Assembly: GCA_029258655.1 (NCBI GenBank)
Contig: JARHYD010000027.1
Span: forward strand, 5,630-69,629
Direction of reading: 5' to 3'
From: Mailhella sp.
GTDB taxonomy: Bacteria > Desulfobacterota > Desulfovibrionia > Desulfovibrionales > Desulfovibrionaceae
Length of the DNA stretch: 64,000 bases
Shown here: in pieces, positions 9,851 to 19,493 of the stretch
Position numbering within the stretch: the first letter of the stretch is position 1
Layout of the letters: every line of letters starts with the position of its first letter
The notes under the pieces: model-generated
Told to the model about the DNA's origin: nothing
What the model saw: the letters and a program-made list of their open reading frames with translations, nothing else
The model's database searches: none
Made by a program: the position numbers and the translations under genes

Positions 9851-9855
9851 ATAAT

Positions 9856-11172
9856 TTATTGAAAATCGCCTAATAAACGATCTAAAATAATAGCACAAGC
9901 AGCTCTTACAGGTAGATGATTGTATTCACCTAAATATCGTATAGGTGGAAGAATAAAATCACACTGTGCTAAAGCTTCGGGAGCAAGACCATGACTTGTT
10001 CCCAACACAATTAATAGTGTATTATTTTTGGCTAATTTTGTTATTGTTGGAAATGGTGTAGCAATTCTTTTTTCTCTACCTTTTTTGTCAAGTTCTGGTT
10101 TAGCACTTGTTCCAATAAGTAATGGCTTTTTTCCACTTATGTTAGTAATATTTTTAATAGCACAAGATAAATCATCAGCTAGTTGTATACGTTTTAATGC
10201 TGTACTTCTATCTGGATTTGTTTTAGCTCCCTCTCCGTGTACCCAATGATCAAGGAGTTCTTGTACCAGTATTTTTTGGTCTGGAATAGGGCTGACAATT
10301 TGCAGAGAGCTAATTCCATAAGTACATGAAATTCTAGCAATATCGTGTAAATCTAGGTTGGTAATAGAGCTTGATCCAACTGTATTATTTTTTAGTAAAA
10401 TAGGATAATGAACAAGAGCAATGTGAATATTTTTTCCTAGATTTGTATTGTGTATTTCATTTAAATAATGTCTATCTTGCTCTGATAAAAATGCTTTTTC
10501 TAATAAATCAGATCGATATGTTAATGTCGTTTTAAGGGCAGCTTTTCTTCTCCATAAATCTATTTCAGCATGGTTGCCGTTTTGTAGTTCTTTGGGAACG
10601 GCTTTGTCCATAAAATTTTCAGGACGTGTGTAATGAGGATATTCTAAAAGATTATGAGTAAAGCTTTCATCTTCACCTGATTCTTCTTTGCCCATGTATC
10701 CTGTTTGCAAGCGAGCAGTAGCTTCAATAAGGGCTAATGCCGCAACTTCACCACCATTTAAAATGATATCTCCAATACTGATTTTACGAATAGGGAGAAT
10801 ATCATATATTCTTTCATCAAAACCTTCATAGCGTCCACAAATTAATGTTAAATCTTCTTCTTGAGCTAATTCTTGAACAATTTCTTGAGTAAGTGGTTCT
10901 CCTACTGGGGTCAGAGCAATGATTTGACCTGTTTTTTTACCTGATAAAGAAATAGCGTTAATAGCATCAACAAGAGGTTGAGCCATAAGTACCATTCCAG
11001 GTCCTCCGCCATAGGGGCTATCATCAACTTTATTATGCTTATTTTGTGTAAAATCACGAGGATTAATGTAATCAACGCTAACAATTTGAGATTCAAGAGC
11101 TTTTGCAAAAAGTGCAGTATTTAAAGGAGAATGAAACCATTCAGGAAAAAGACTGACAAGATGATACCGCAT
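9856..11172 (-). CDS. trmD: tRNA (guanine37-N1)-methyltransferase TrmD fused to a second, C-terminal SPOUT-like domain
   Basis: Residues 1-~245 are typical TrmD (DDSPYGGGPGMVL, GRYEGFDERI, SIGDIILNGGE). Residues ~255-438 (IALVHYPIL...TNLDLHDIARISCTYG...LGTSHGL) resemble the predicted RNA methyltransferase family Methyltrn_RNA_4/DUF2168 from memory. Confidence 0.85.
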   Translation of the reverse strand: MRYHLVSLFPEWFHSPLNTALFAKALESQIVSVDYINPRDFTQNKHNKVDDSPYGGGPGMVLMAQPLVDAINAISLSGKKTGQIIALTPVGEPLTQEIVQELAQEEDLTLICGRYEGFDERIYDILPIRKISIGDIILNGGEVAALALIEATARLQTGYMGKEESGEDESFTHNLLEYPHYTRPENFMDKAVPKELQNGNHAEIDLWRRKAALKTTLTYRSDLLEKAFLSEQDRHYLNEIHNTNLGKNIHIALVHYPILLKNNTVGSSSITNLDLHDIARISCTYGISSLQIVSPIPDQKILVQELLDHWVHGEGAKTNPDRSTALKRIQLADDLSCAIKNITNISGKKPLLIGTSAKPELDKKGREKRIATPFPTITKLAKNNTLLIVLGTSHGLAPEALAQCDFILPPIRYLGEYNHLPVRAACAIILDRLLGDFQ

Positions 11173-11175
11173 AGT

Positions 11176-11814
11176 TTATTGATTTTTTTTAGTGGAGAAT
11201 TTTTTAAGATTTTGTTTTTCAATTTTTTTTGTAGCAGGAGATTGTTCTTCTTTTTCGTCGTTATTAAGATAAATCTCTAAAAGTCCTTCTGGAGGATTTA
11301 GATAAACTGCATTGTTTTTGAGATCATAATGATCAATAAATTGAGAAACAGCAGGATAAAGAATTTCAGTAGTACCATTTCGGATAAACCAAATTTCTTG
11401 ACCAGCAGGAAAGGCAATTTCTTCTATTTTGCCAAGATGTTGTGAATGATAAAATGCTGTTGCACCAATAAGATGATGAAGATATGGAGCTTCTCCATCA
11501 TCTTCATCATTATTTATTGTATCTTTGTCTTCTTGGGAAAGAAGTTTTTCATCAATAACAATATCGTAATTACGATAACGTTCTGCTTCTGTTCTTGTGT
11601 TAATACCTTGAATTTTAAGAATAAGAATATTTCCTTGTTCTTTGAAACTTTTCACTTCACAAGGTTGTGGATCTAATTTTCCAGCTTTGAGTAAGATTTG
11701 ATTTTTCTTTAAATAATCAAAAGATTCTGCAAAGTATTGAGCACAAATTTCCCCATGAATACCATGTGGTCGTGTTAATTTACCAATAAAAACAAAGGAG
11801 TTATTTAAATTCAT
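11176..11814 (-). CDS. rimM: 16S rRNA processing protein RimM
   Basis: GKLTRPHGIHGEI at the N-terminus. It sits between the KH-protein gene and trmD. It has an acidic insert and a Lys-rich tail. Confidence 0.85.
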   Translation of the reverse strand: MNLNNSFVFIGKLTRPHGIHGEICAQYFAESFDYLKKNQILLKAGKLDPQPCEVKSFKEQGNILILKIQGINTRTEAERYRNYDIVIDEKLLSQEDKDTINNDEDDGEAPYLHHLIGATAFYHSQHLGKIEEIAFPAGQEIWFIRNGTTEILYPAVSQFIDHYDLKNNAVYLNPPEGLLEIYLNNDEKEEQSPATKKIEKQNLKKFSTKKNQ

Positions 11815-12047
11815 TATTCTAAAATTTCTAATACAACACGTTTACGAGTTTTAGCAGAAACAGCACCAAGTAAGGTTCTGATTGCACGAGCAGTACGACC
11901 TTGTTTTCCAATAACTTTACCAAGATCTTCTTTAGCAACAGTTAATTCAAGCACAGAGGTTTGTTCACCTTCGATTTCACGAATTTTTACACTATCAGGA
12001 TTATCGACTAGAGATTTAGTGATATACTCAACAAGTTCTTTTTGCAT
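11814..12047 (-). CDS. KH-domain RNA-binding protein (UPF0109)
   Basis: 77 aa with [16 protein letters not shown] (a GXXG KH motif). It is in the conserved position upstream of rimM. Confidence 0.85.
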   Translation of the reverse strand: MQKELVEYITKSLVDNPDSVKIREIEGEQTSVLELTVAKEDLGKVIGKQGRTARAIRTLLGAVSAKTRKRVVLEILE

Positions 12048-12161
12048 AATTATCTCGCTTCAAGTATAAGTTTTCCCAAAACAGCAGGGAAGAGCATAAC
12101 CTTGTCTATAAAGTAAATACTATGTTAATCAACTTTACAGATACCCGTAAAACATATATTC

Positions 12162-12190
12162 TATTTAGCAAGTAGCTTACGTATTGTCAA
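12162..12190 (-). promoter_or_regulatory. Candidate sigma-70 promoter for the KH-rimM-trmD operon
   Basis: The minus strand reads TTGACA-17 nt-TAAATA about 110 nt upstream of the KH-protein start. Confidence 0.35.
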
Positions 12191-12229
12191 TATAGATTTT
12201 TTTTAATTATCGACTAGGTTTAGGTTTGT

Positions 12230-13186
12230 ATGAATAGAAAAAGTTTGTTAATGTGCTGTATCTCTTTTTGTTTTTTTCTTTTTTTTAGTGTAATTTTTGA
12301 ATATCCTATTGTTAATGCTCAAGATTTGCAAAATAAAAATAGCGATAATGCTAAATTTCCTTTTGATGAATTTTTGTTAAATAGTTGGCAAGAAGTAGAA
12401 AAAGGGGTTTCTTTTATTAGAATATCGGAAACAATAATGGTTGAAAGAGAAAATGAGGCAAAATTGCCTATAACAGTTTCTTTTGATGTATTAAAATTTG
12501 ATCCAACATATTGTAATTTTTCTGTATATGGAGCAACTATTGATAATACAAAGTTAAGAAGTCTTGTAGGGTGGTTAAAGGATTATCAATTATTAGCAGC
12601 GATTAATGCATCAATGTATTTACCTGATAAAATATCGAGTATTGGATATTTAAAGAAAAATAATAAATTTAGCAATGCCCATATAGGTAAGAAATTAGGG
12701 GCATTTTTTGTTGCAAATCCTTATGAAAAATATAAGGGAAAAATTCCAGAAGTGGCTATTCTTTATACTAATGATCCGCAATTTTCTAAATTTATTGCAA
12801 AAGGGGAAAAACAAGATTTATCAACAATATTAGATAAATATCAAGTGGTTGTGCAGAATTTTCAACTTTTAGAATTAACAAATAACGATAATAAGCTTTG
12901 GGAAGGACAACGAAGGCATTCTATTGCTTCTTTAGGAGAAGATTCACAAGGGAAAATTTTATTAATGTATGCATCAATCCCAACAACAATTAATGATTTT
13001 ATTACAGTATTAAGAAAAAATTCACAGTTAAACATAAAAAGAGCTATGTATTTAGAGGGAGGAACAGAGGCAGCAATGCTGTATCAAGGAAAAAAAGCTT
13101 TTTTATGGCAAGTCAATGATAACATAAAGCTTTTTCTAAAAGGTGTTATTCTGCTTCCAAACGTTATTGGAATAAAAAAGAAGTGA
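12230..13186 (+). CDS. Secreted protein, possibly phosphodiester glycosidase family (DUF2233-like)
   Basis: It has an N-terminal signal/anchor. AAINASMY... and RHSIASLGEDSQGKILLMY...AMYLEGGTEAAML resemble the DUF2233/NAGPA pattern by eye. Confidence 0.45.
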   Translation: MNRKSLLMCCISFCFFLFFSVIFEYPIVNAQDLQNKNSDNAKFPFDEFLLNSWQEVEKGVSFIRISETIMVERENEAKLPITVSFDVLKFDPTYCNFSVYGATIDNTKLRSLVGWLKDYQLLAAINASMYLPDKISSIGYLKKNNKFSNAHIGKKLGAFFVANPYEKYKGKIPEVAILYTNDPQFSKFIAKGEKQDLSTILDKYQVVVQNFQLLELTNNDNKLWEGQRRHSIASLGEDSQGKILLMYASIPTTINDFITVLRKNSQLNIKRAMYLEGGTEAAMLYQGKKAFLWQVNDNIKLFLKGVILLPNVIGIKKK

Positions 13187-13297
13187 TTTACAAAAATGTA
13201 AGCATACTTTGTTGTTTTTTTGACCTTGCCTAATTTTTTTTTTTACTCTATACAAATTTGGTAACTTCTTTTTTATAAAAATACACGAGAGGTTTGT

Positions 13298-14566
13298 ATG
13301 AGTTCTTCAAATTCTAGTATTTTTCGTTCTGCCTTTGACTGGTATATGAGAACATCATTAATCTTACTTATTTGTATAAGTATGGTATTAGGTGTTTTTT
13401 TAGGTGTATCTCTTCCCGCGTATGCATCAAATTTTTCCATCTTAGGTGATTTGTTTGTAGGAGCATTAAAAGCTATTGCTCCTATTTTGGTTTTTGTGCT
13501 TGTGTGTGCTTCTATTACGCAACATGAAAAAGGGACCGAAACAAGTATTAAGCCTTTAATTGTTTTATATTTGTTAGGTACTTTTGCTGCTGCATTAGTT
13601 GCTGTTGCTGCAAGTTTTATGTTTCCAACAACGTTACAATTAGCAGAGGCAGCTCAAACTGCAAGTGAAAATGCTGGTAGCGTAAGTGCTGTTTTAAAGA
13701 ATTTGATTACTCAAGTTGTTTCAAACCCAGTTACTGCCTTATCTCAAGCAAATTATATTTCTCTTATTTTTTGGGCAGTAGCTTTTGGTCTTGCTTTTCA
13801 GCATTGTTCTGATTCTACAAGAAGATTTATCATTGATTTAGGACACAGTGTTTCTGACATTGTTAGAATGATTGTAAGGACTGCTCCTTTTGGTATTTTT
13901 GGTCTTGTGTATGCTGTTGTAGGAGAATTTGGTATCGAAGTTCTTTATGGCTATGCACATTTATTAGCTGTACTTCTTGGTGCTATGTTCTTTGTTGGTT
14001 TTGTTGTGAACCCACTTTTTGTGTATTTTAAGGTTCGTCAAAATCCTTTTCCTCTTGTTTGGTTTTGTATCAAAAATAGTGGGGTAACAGCATTTTTTAC
14101 TCGTTCTTCTGCTGCAAATATTCCAATTAATATGGATCTTTGCCGTCGTCTTAATCTTCCAGAAGGAACTTACGCTATCTCCATTCCATTAGGTGCAACT
14201 ATTAATATGGCTGGTGCAGCTATTACTATTACCGTGCTAACATTAGCCGCTGCAACTACATTAAATATTCATGTAGATATGTTATCAGCATTATTATTAA
14301 GTATTGTAGCGTCTCTTTGTGCTTGTGGTGCTTCTGGTATTGCAGGTGGTTCATTAATGCTTATTCCTCTTGCTTGTAGCCTTTTTGGTATTAGTAATGA
14401 TATTGCATTACAAGTAGTAGGTGTTGGTTTTATTATTGGAGTTCTTCAAGATTCCACAGAAACAGCATTAAATAGCTCTACTGACGTTGTCTTTACTGCA
14501 ACAGCAGTTCTTGGACCTAAAGATAATATAAAAGAACGTGTTCATGCTGCAGTAGCACAACAATAA
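13298..14566 (+). CDS. sstT: Serine/threonine:sodium symporter SstT
   Basis: It is very close to E. coli SstT across its length ([17 protein letters not shown]..., [55 protein letters not shown]). Confidence 0.95.
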   Translation: MSSSNSSIFRSAFDWYMRTSLILLICISMVLGVFLGVSLPAYASNFSILGDLFVGALKAIAPILVFVLVCASITQHEKGTETSIKPLIVLYLLGTFAAALVAVAASFMFPTTLQLAEAAQTASENAGSVSAVLKNLITQVVSNPVTALSQANYISLIFWAVAFGLAFQHCSDSTRRFIIDLGHSVSDIVRMIVRTAPFGIFGLVYAVVGEFGIEVLYGYAHLLAVLLGAMFFVGFVVNPLFVYFKVRQNPFPLVWFCIKNSGVTAFFTRSSAANIPINMDLCRRLNLPEGTYAISIPLGATINMAGAAITITVLTLAAATTLNIHVDMLSALLLSIVASLCACGASGIAGGSLMLIPLACSLFGISNDIALQVVGVGFIIGVLQDSTETALNSSTDVVFTATAVLGPKDNIKERVHAAVAQQ

Positions 14567-14584
14567 TTATATCTTATTTGAATA

Positions 14585-14620
14585 AAAAAGACTGCTTTAA
14601 AATGGCAGTCTTTTTTTTAT
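14585..14620 (+). terminator. Rho-independent terminator after sstT
   Basis: aagactgc-tttaaaat-gcagtctt followed by a long T-run. Confidence 0.75.
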
Positions 14621-15012
14621 TTTTTTTGGGGGAAATGATTTCCCCCAACCCCCCTCAATCAAGCAAATTTATTGAAACTTATTTCAATAAATTTGCCTAT
14701 GTTAGGGTATGAGTAGAAAATTTTTTCTCAAAAATAAAAAAGTCTTTGTTTTTACATCGTAACTATAAGTATTTTCCAATGCAATTATATTGAAATATTT
14801 TATTTCTATTATCAGAGAACAAAGTTTAATAATTATAAGTAATTTAGAAACACACCCTAATTTGGAAATGTCTTTTAGTTTGGTAATACACTTTATTAAA
14901 ATTATATAGAAATTGAAGAAAAAATCCTTTTGTATACAAAAAGGTTTTTGGATTAAAAATTTTTGAAAGGGGGTTTTAGGGGGAGGACTTTTTATAAAAA
15001 GTCCTCCCCCTA
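14621..15012 (+). repeat. Composite repeat locus R3: P1 (14628-14646), P2 (14649-14708, right arm decayed), linker, TIR-like end (14841-14860), then 3' module with hairpin 14919-14949 and P3 14977-15012
   Basis: This is the most complete array. It is the reverse complement of locus R6. Confidence 0.9.
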
Positions 15013-15027
15013 AAAATATTATCATAA

Positions 15028-15071
15028 AAGCATAAAAAAGGTCGGTATACTAACCGACCTTTTTTATGCTT
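15028..15071. terminator. Bidirectional hairpin terminator downstream of cstA
   Basis: aagcataaaaaaggtcggt-atacta-accgaccttttttatgctt, a long palindrome with A/T runs on both sides. Confidence 0.7.
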
Positions 15072-15084
15072 TTTTATTTATATA

Positions 15085-16515
15085 TTATTCTTGAGGTTCG
15101 TTCTTGGTTGGACGCTTTGCATATATAATGAAAGCAAGAAGAGCAATGATAGCAGAGCTAATACCAATATAGTTTGATATTTGCATTGACATACCAAAAC
15201 CTATCTTTTGGGAGCAAATAAAGGTTACAACAACAGCAGTCATAAATGTTGCTGGAAGTGAAGCAATCCAATGGAAACGGCCTCTATGGTAAAGATAGGC
15301 AGCACCAGCCCAAAGCATAATGCAAGCTAAGGTTTGGTTTGACCAACCAAAATAACGCCAAATGATATTGAAATCAATTTGAGAAATAATAGCACCAAGT
15401 ATAAAGAGTGGAATCGCAATTAATAAACGATTTTTTCTTTCAGATTGTGAGTAATCAAAAACTTCTGCAATGGTAAGACGAGCTGCACGGAAAGCAGTAT
15501 CCCCTGATGTAATAGGAAGAACAATAACCCCAAGAACAGCAAGGAAGCCACCAAAACCACCCATAAGAGAAATTGCTGTTTCATTTACAACAGCAGCAGG
15601 ACCACCATTAGCCATAGCAGCTTGAAGTTCAGCAGGGCTATGGTAGAAAGTCATACCAACTGTTGCCCAAATAAGAGCAATAAATCCTTCGCCAATCATG
15701 GAACCATAGAAAATAGGTTTACCAAGTGTTTCGTTTGTAACACAGCGAGACATGATAGGAGATTGTGTTGCGTGGAAACCAGATAATGCACCACAAGCAA
15801 TGGTAACAAAGATAAGTGGCCACATAGGAAGTGGGTTTTCACCAGGATATTGGTTTACAAATTCAGCACTTGGATAGAAATCATATCCTTTTACAAAGAG
15901 CATAGTTGTCATACCAACTGCCATGATAAGAAGAATAGCACCAAAAATAGGATAGAAACGACCAATAATTTTATCAATAGGAAGAATTGTTGCTAAGAAA
16001 TAATATATAAAGATAATGACTAACCAAATGTTGGAATTAATGGAGGTAAGATCTTTAAGAAGTAGAGCAGGAGAGGTTACAAAAACAACACCAACAAGTA
16101 AAAGAAGAATGATAGCGAATACTTGCATGAGATGTTTAAAACCATTTCCTAAGTTATAGCCTACAATATTAGGAACATTTGTACCTTTGTAGCGAATGGA
16201 GAGCATACCTGAAAGATAATCATGTACGCCACCAGCAAAAATAGATCCAATAACGATCCATAAAAGAGCACTTGGACCGTATAACGCACCAAGTATAGGC
16301 CCGAAAATAGGTCCAATTCCAGCAATATTAAGAAGCTGAATAAGCCAAATATTAGCAGGTTTCATTGGAACATAGTCAACACCATCAGCCATTGTTATAG
16401 CAGGAGTGGGTCGGTTTGGATCTTCGCCAAATAATTTTGCAACGATAGAGCCATAAATAATATAGCCAACAATTAATGCAAGACAAGCAAGCAAAAAGTA
16501 AACATAGTTTGGCAT
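15085..16515 (-). CDS. cstA: Carbon starvation protein CstA family transporter
   Basis: Polytopic protein with CstA-like blocks (LNIAGIGPIFGPILGA, SGFHATQSP). The start is placed at MPNYVYF (16515), preceded by gtgagg. The listed ORF begins at 16569. Confidence 0.8.
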   Translation of the reverse strand: MPNYVYFLLACLALIVGYIIYGSIVAKLFGEDPNRPTPAITMADGVDYVPMKPANIWLIQLLNIAGIGPIFGPILGALYGPSALLWIVIGSIFAGGVHDYLSGMLSIRYKGTNVPNIVGYNLGNGFKHLMQVFAIILLLLVGVVFVTSPALLLKDLTSINSNIWLVIIFIYYFLATILPIDKIIGRFYPIFGAILLIMAVGMTTMLFVKGYDFYPSAEFVNQYPGENPLPMWPLIFVTIACGALSGFHATQSPIMSRCVTNETLGKPIFYGSMIGEGFIALIWATVGMTFYHSPAELQAAMANGGPAAVVNETAISLMGGFGGFLAVLGVIVLPITSGDTAFRAARLTIAEVFDYSQSERKNRLLIAIPLFILGAIISQIDFNIIWRYFGWSNQTLACIMLWAGAAYLYHRGRFHWIASLPATFMTAVVVTFICSQKIGFGMSMQISNYIGISSAIIALLAFIIYAKRPTKNEPQE

Positions 16516-16737
16516 AAAAACCTCACAGATTAGAGTTACATTAATAAAGTAAATTTCTAATATGCCCATTATTGCACAAAGTCAATAAAGAGTGGTAGAA
16601 TTTTACAATCCAATTAAGAGAGTTTTATATTATAAATATAATTCGTTATAATAAAAGTCAATGGGTATATAAAAGATAATAAATAAAATATTGTGCCGTG
16701 AAATGCTCTATGTTAGTATTTGTTTTACGAGGAATAT

Positions 16738-18657
16738 ATGGAAAAACCTAAAGAAATACCCCAAACCTCTGGTGTATATATTTATAAAGATAAAGGCGGA
16801 AGAATTATTTATGTGGGTAAAGCACGAAATTTAAAAAAACGTGTTTTATCTTATTTTCGTCCTGATAATCAGCTTACTTCTAAAACTAGGGCAATGATGA
16901 GCCATGCTGTTAGTGTAGAATTTTTAACAACAAATACAGAAAAAGAGGCTCTTTTACTTGAAGCTAGTTTAATAAAAAAACATAGGCCACATTATAATAT
17001 TGTATTGCGTGATGATAAACAATATATTCTTTTTAGAATTGCAGTAAAAAATCTTTTTCCACGTTTAGAAGTGGTGCGAAAAGTAAAAAAAGATGGTTCG
17101 CATTATTTTGGTCCGTTCACTTCTTCACAAGCAGCACGAGAAACTTGGAAGACATTGCATAATGTTTTTCCATTACGGCGTTGTAGTGATAGAGCTATGC
17201 AAAATAGAGTGCGTCCTTGTCTTTATCATCATATAGGGCTTTGTCTTGCTCCTTGTTCTGGTAATGTTAGCCAGTTTGAATACCAAGAAATGCTTCATAA
17301 AGTGGAATTACTTCTTTCTGGTAAATCAAAAGAATTAATTGAAAGTATAACTAAAAAAATGGAAGAAGCTTCTGAAAATTTAGATTTTGAAAAAGCAGCA
17401 GAATTGCGAGATCAACGTATTGCAATAGAAAAAACAGTTGAAAAACAAGGTGTTGTATTAAATAATGGTGCAGATATGGACGTGGTGGGAATAACATCAC
17501 GTGGTGATGGATTAGCATTGGCGATATTATTTGTTCGAGGTGGACAAGTTATAGATAAAGCAACTTTTTTTTGGGCTGGTTTGGTAATGGAAGATGCTCA
17601 AGAATTGCTACTTGGATTTTTAACACAATTTTATACACAAGATAAAGATATTCCACCACGTATTGTTTTGCCATGGGTAGTAAAAGATCAAGAAAGTAAT
17701 AGTGATAATCCTGCATTAATCGGGGCTTTTGATTTTTCTTTGCATGAAAATGATGATGATATAGAAAGTATTGCTACTATGTTATCAGAATGGCGAGGAG
17801 GAAATGTTCGTATTGTTGCAGCAAGAACCAAAGAAGATCAACAACTTGTAGATATGGCAAAAAGTAATGCAAAAGAAACTGTTTATAAGCGATCTGATTT
17901 AGGTATGGACGAAAGGCTTGCTGCTCTTTTTAAGGTTCAAGAACCAATGCGTCGTATTGAATGTGTTGATGTATCCCATACAAGTGGAACAAGCACAAAG
18001 GTTGGATTAGTTGTTTATCAAGATGGTAAACCTCATAAATCGGAATATCGGGTTTGGAATATTGAAAATGCTGGTGGAGATGATTATCTTGCTTTATCTC
18101 AATGGGCAAAAAAAAGAGCAGAACATGGAGCACCTTGGCCTCATTTATTATTAATAGATGGTGGCAGGGGGCAAGTAAATGCTGTGAATGTAAGTTTTCA
18201 AGAATATTTTTCTCATATTCATATTCGTGATTCACAAAGTTTTGATTTAGAAGAAGGACAATTACCTTTTGTTTTGGCAGGGATAGCAAAGGCTCGTGAT
18301 GAAGAAGGACATCAAGATAGAAGAGCTGGGAATATTTCTGATAGAATTTTTTTGCCTAATCGGACAAATCCATTGCCTTTTAAAGAAGGAAGCCATGAGC
18401 TGCTTTTTTTACAGTCTATTCGTGACGCTACCCATAATTTTGCTATTGGCAGACATAGACAAGCTCGGACAAAACAAAGTTTAGATGCAGAGTTACTTCG
18501 TTTGCCTAATATAGGGAAAGAAACTGCAAAAATGCTTTGGACGTATTTTAATGGTTTGGAAGAAATGAAAAAAGCAAGTGTTGATGATTTATGTAAAATG
18601 CCAAAAGTTGGAAAAAAGAAAGCTATGCAAATTTGGGAAAGTTTGCAAAAATTATAG
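16738..18657 (+). CDS. uvrC: Excinuclease ABC subunit C
   Basis: It has a GIY-YIG N-terminus (SGVYIYKDKGGRIIYVGKARNLKKR), a UvrBC-interaction segment and a C-terminal HhH. The ATG at 16738 is preceded by gagga. Confidence 0.95.
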   Translation: MEKPKEIPQTSGVYIYKDKGGRIIYVGKARNLKKRVLSYFRPDNQLTSKTRAMMSHAVSVEFLTTNTEKEALLLEASLIKKHRPHYNIVLRDDKQYILFRIAVKNLFPRLEVVRKVKKDGSHYFGPFTSSQAARETWKTLHNVFPLRRCSDRAMQNRVRPCLYHHIGLCLAPCSGNVSQFEYQEMLHKVELLLSGKSKELIESITKKMEEASENLDFEKAAELRDQRIAIEKTVEKQGVVLNNGADMDVVGITSRGDGLALAILFVRGGQVIDKATFFWAGLVMEDAQELLLGFLTQFYTQDKDIPPRIVLPWVVKDQESNSDNPALIGAFDFSLHENDDDIESIATMLSEWRGGNVRIVAARTKEDQQLVDMAKSNAKETVYKRSDLGMDERLAALFKVQEPMRRIECVDVSHTSGTSTKVGLVVYQDGKPHKSEYRVWNIENAGGDDYLALSQWAKKRAEHGAPWPHLLLIDGGRGQVNAVNVSFQEYFSHIHIRDSQSFDLEEGQLPFVLAGIAKARDEEGHQDRRAGNISDRIFLPNRTNPLPFKEGSHELLFLQSIRDATHNFAIGRHRQARTKQSLDAELLRLPNIGKETAKMLWTYFNGLEEMKKASVDDLCKMPKVGKKKAMQIWESLQKL

Positions 18658-18658
18658 T

Positions 18659-18903
18659 TTGTGTTTCTAACTTAATCTTTTTTTAAAGAAAAAAGCTATT
18701 TATTTTTGTATATTGAATATAATTGTTTTTTAGGAATTATGTTGCGATTTACTTTTTTATCTAAGAAAAATAACTTATAAAAATAAAGAATATTTTTGCA
18801 TAGAAGAAAATAAAAACCTTTTGCACGTAACAGGTTTTTTGGATTAAAAATTTTTGAAAGGTGGTTTTAGGGGGAGGACTTTTTATAAAAAGTCCTCCCC
18901 CTA
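18659..18903 (+). repeat. Repeat locus R4: TIR-like fragment, linker fragment, hairpin 18812-18840, P3 palindrome 18868-18903
   Basis: P3 is identical to the copies at 14977 and 24133. The locus fills the uvrC/purE convergent spacer. Confidence 0.9.
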
Positions 18904-18917
18904 AAAATATTCATAAT

Positions 18918-19421
18918 TTATTGAGATTGATATTTTTCTTCAATTTCTTTAGCAGATTTTTCTACTATATCACGAAATACTTGACGTTCGTCTTCAAGAG
19001 CTTTTGCAACTTTTTTATCATGAATTGCAATAATCTGTGCAGCCATATAAGCAGCATTTTTTGCTCCTGCTTTATCAAGAGCTACTGTGCCAACAGGAAA
19101 ACCTGGAGGCATTTGTACTGTTGCTAAAAGAGCATCAAGTCCATTTAGTGCAGAACCTGTTACGGGGATACCAATAACAGGCTTAATTGTTCTTGCTGCA
19201 ACAGCACCTGCTAAGTGTGCAGCCATACCTGCTGCACAGATAAAAACTTGACAGCCTTCTTTTTCTAATTCATCAACAATTTTTTCTGTTCTAATAGGGG
19301 TACGATGTGCTGATGAAACAGTAAAACGATAACTAACGCCAAGTTTTTTTAAAACTTCAATACAGGGACTAATGGTGTTCTCATCAGATGCAGAACCCAT
19401 TAAAATTCCAACTTGTACCAT
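18918..19421 (-). CDS. purE: N5-carboxyaminoimidazole ribonucleotide mutase PurE
   Basis: [10 protein letters not shown]...SAHRTP...AGMAAHLAG motifs. Confidence 0.9.
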   Translation of the reverse strand: MVQVGILMGSASDENTISPCIEVLKKLGVSYRFTVSSAHRTPIRTEKIVDELEKEGCQVFICAAGMAAHLAGAVAARTIKPVIGIPVTGSALNGLDALLATVQMPPGFPVGTVALDKAGAKNAAYMAAQIIAIHDKKVAKALEDERQVFRDIVEKSAKEIEEKYQSQ

Positions 19422-19493
19422 TTTTTAACCTCTTTTATATTTCTTTGTGTTTTTTGTATTTTTATTAGGATACGTTGATAAAAAAGAGTTTTT

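Noticed and set aside
14702-15025. 107-aa ORF starting MIIFLGGGLFIKSPPPK. A similar ORF at 18861-19127 starts MVLGGGLFIKSPPPK.
   Set aside because: The shared peptide is just the translation of the 36-nt palindrome. The rest is low-complexity translation of AT-rich repeat sequence, with no RBS. These are repeat-derived artefacts.
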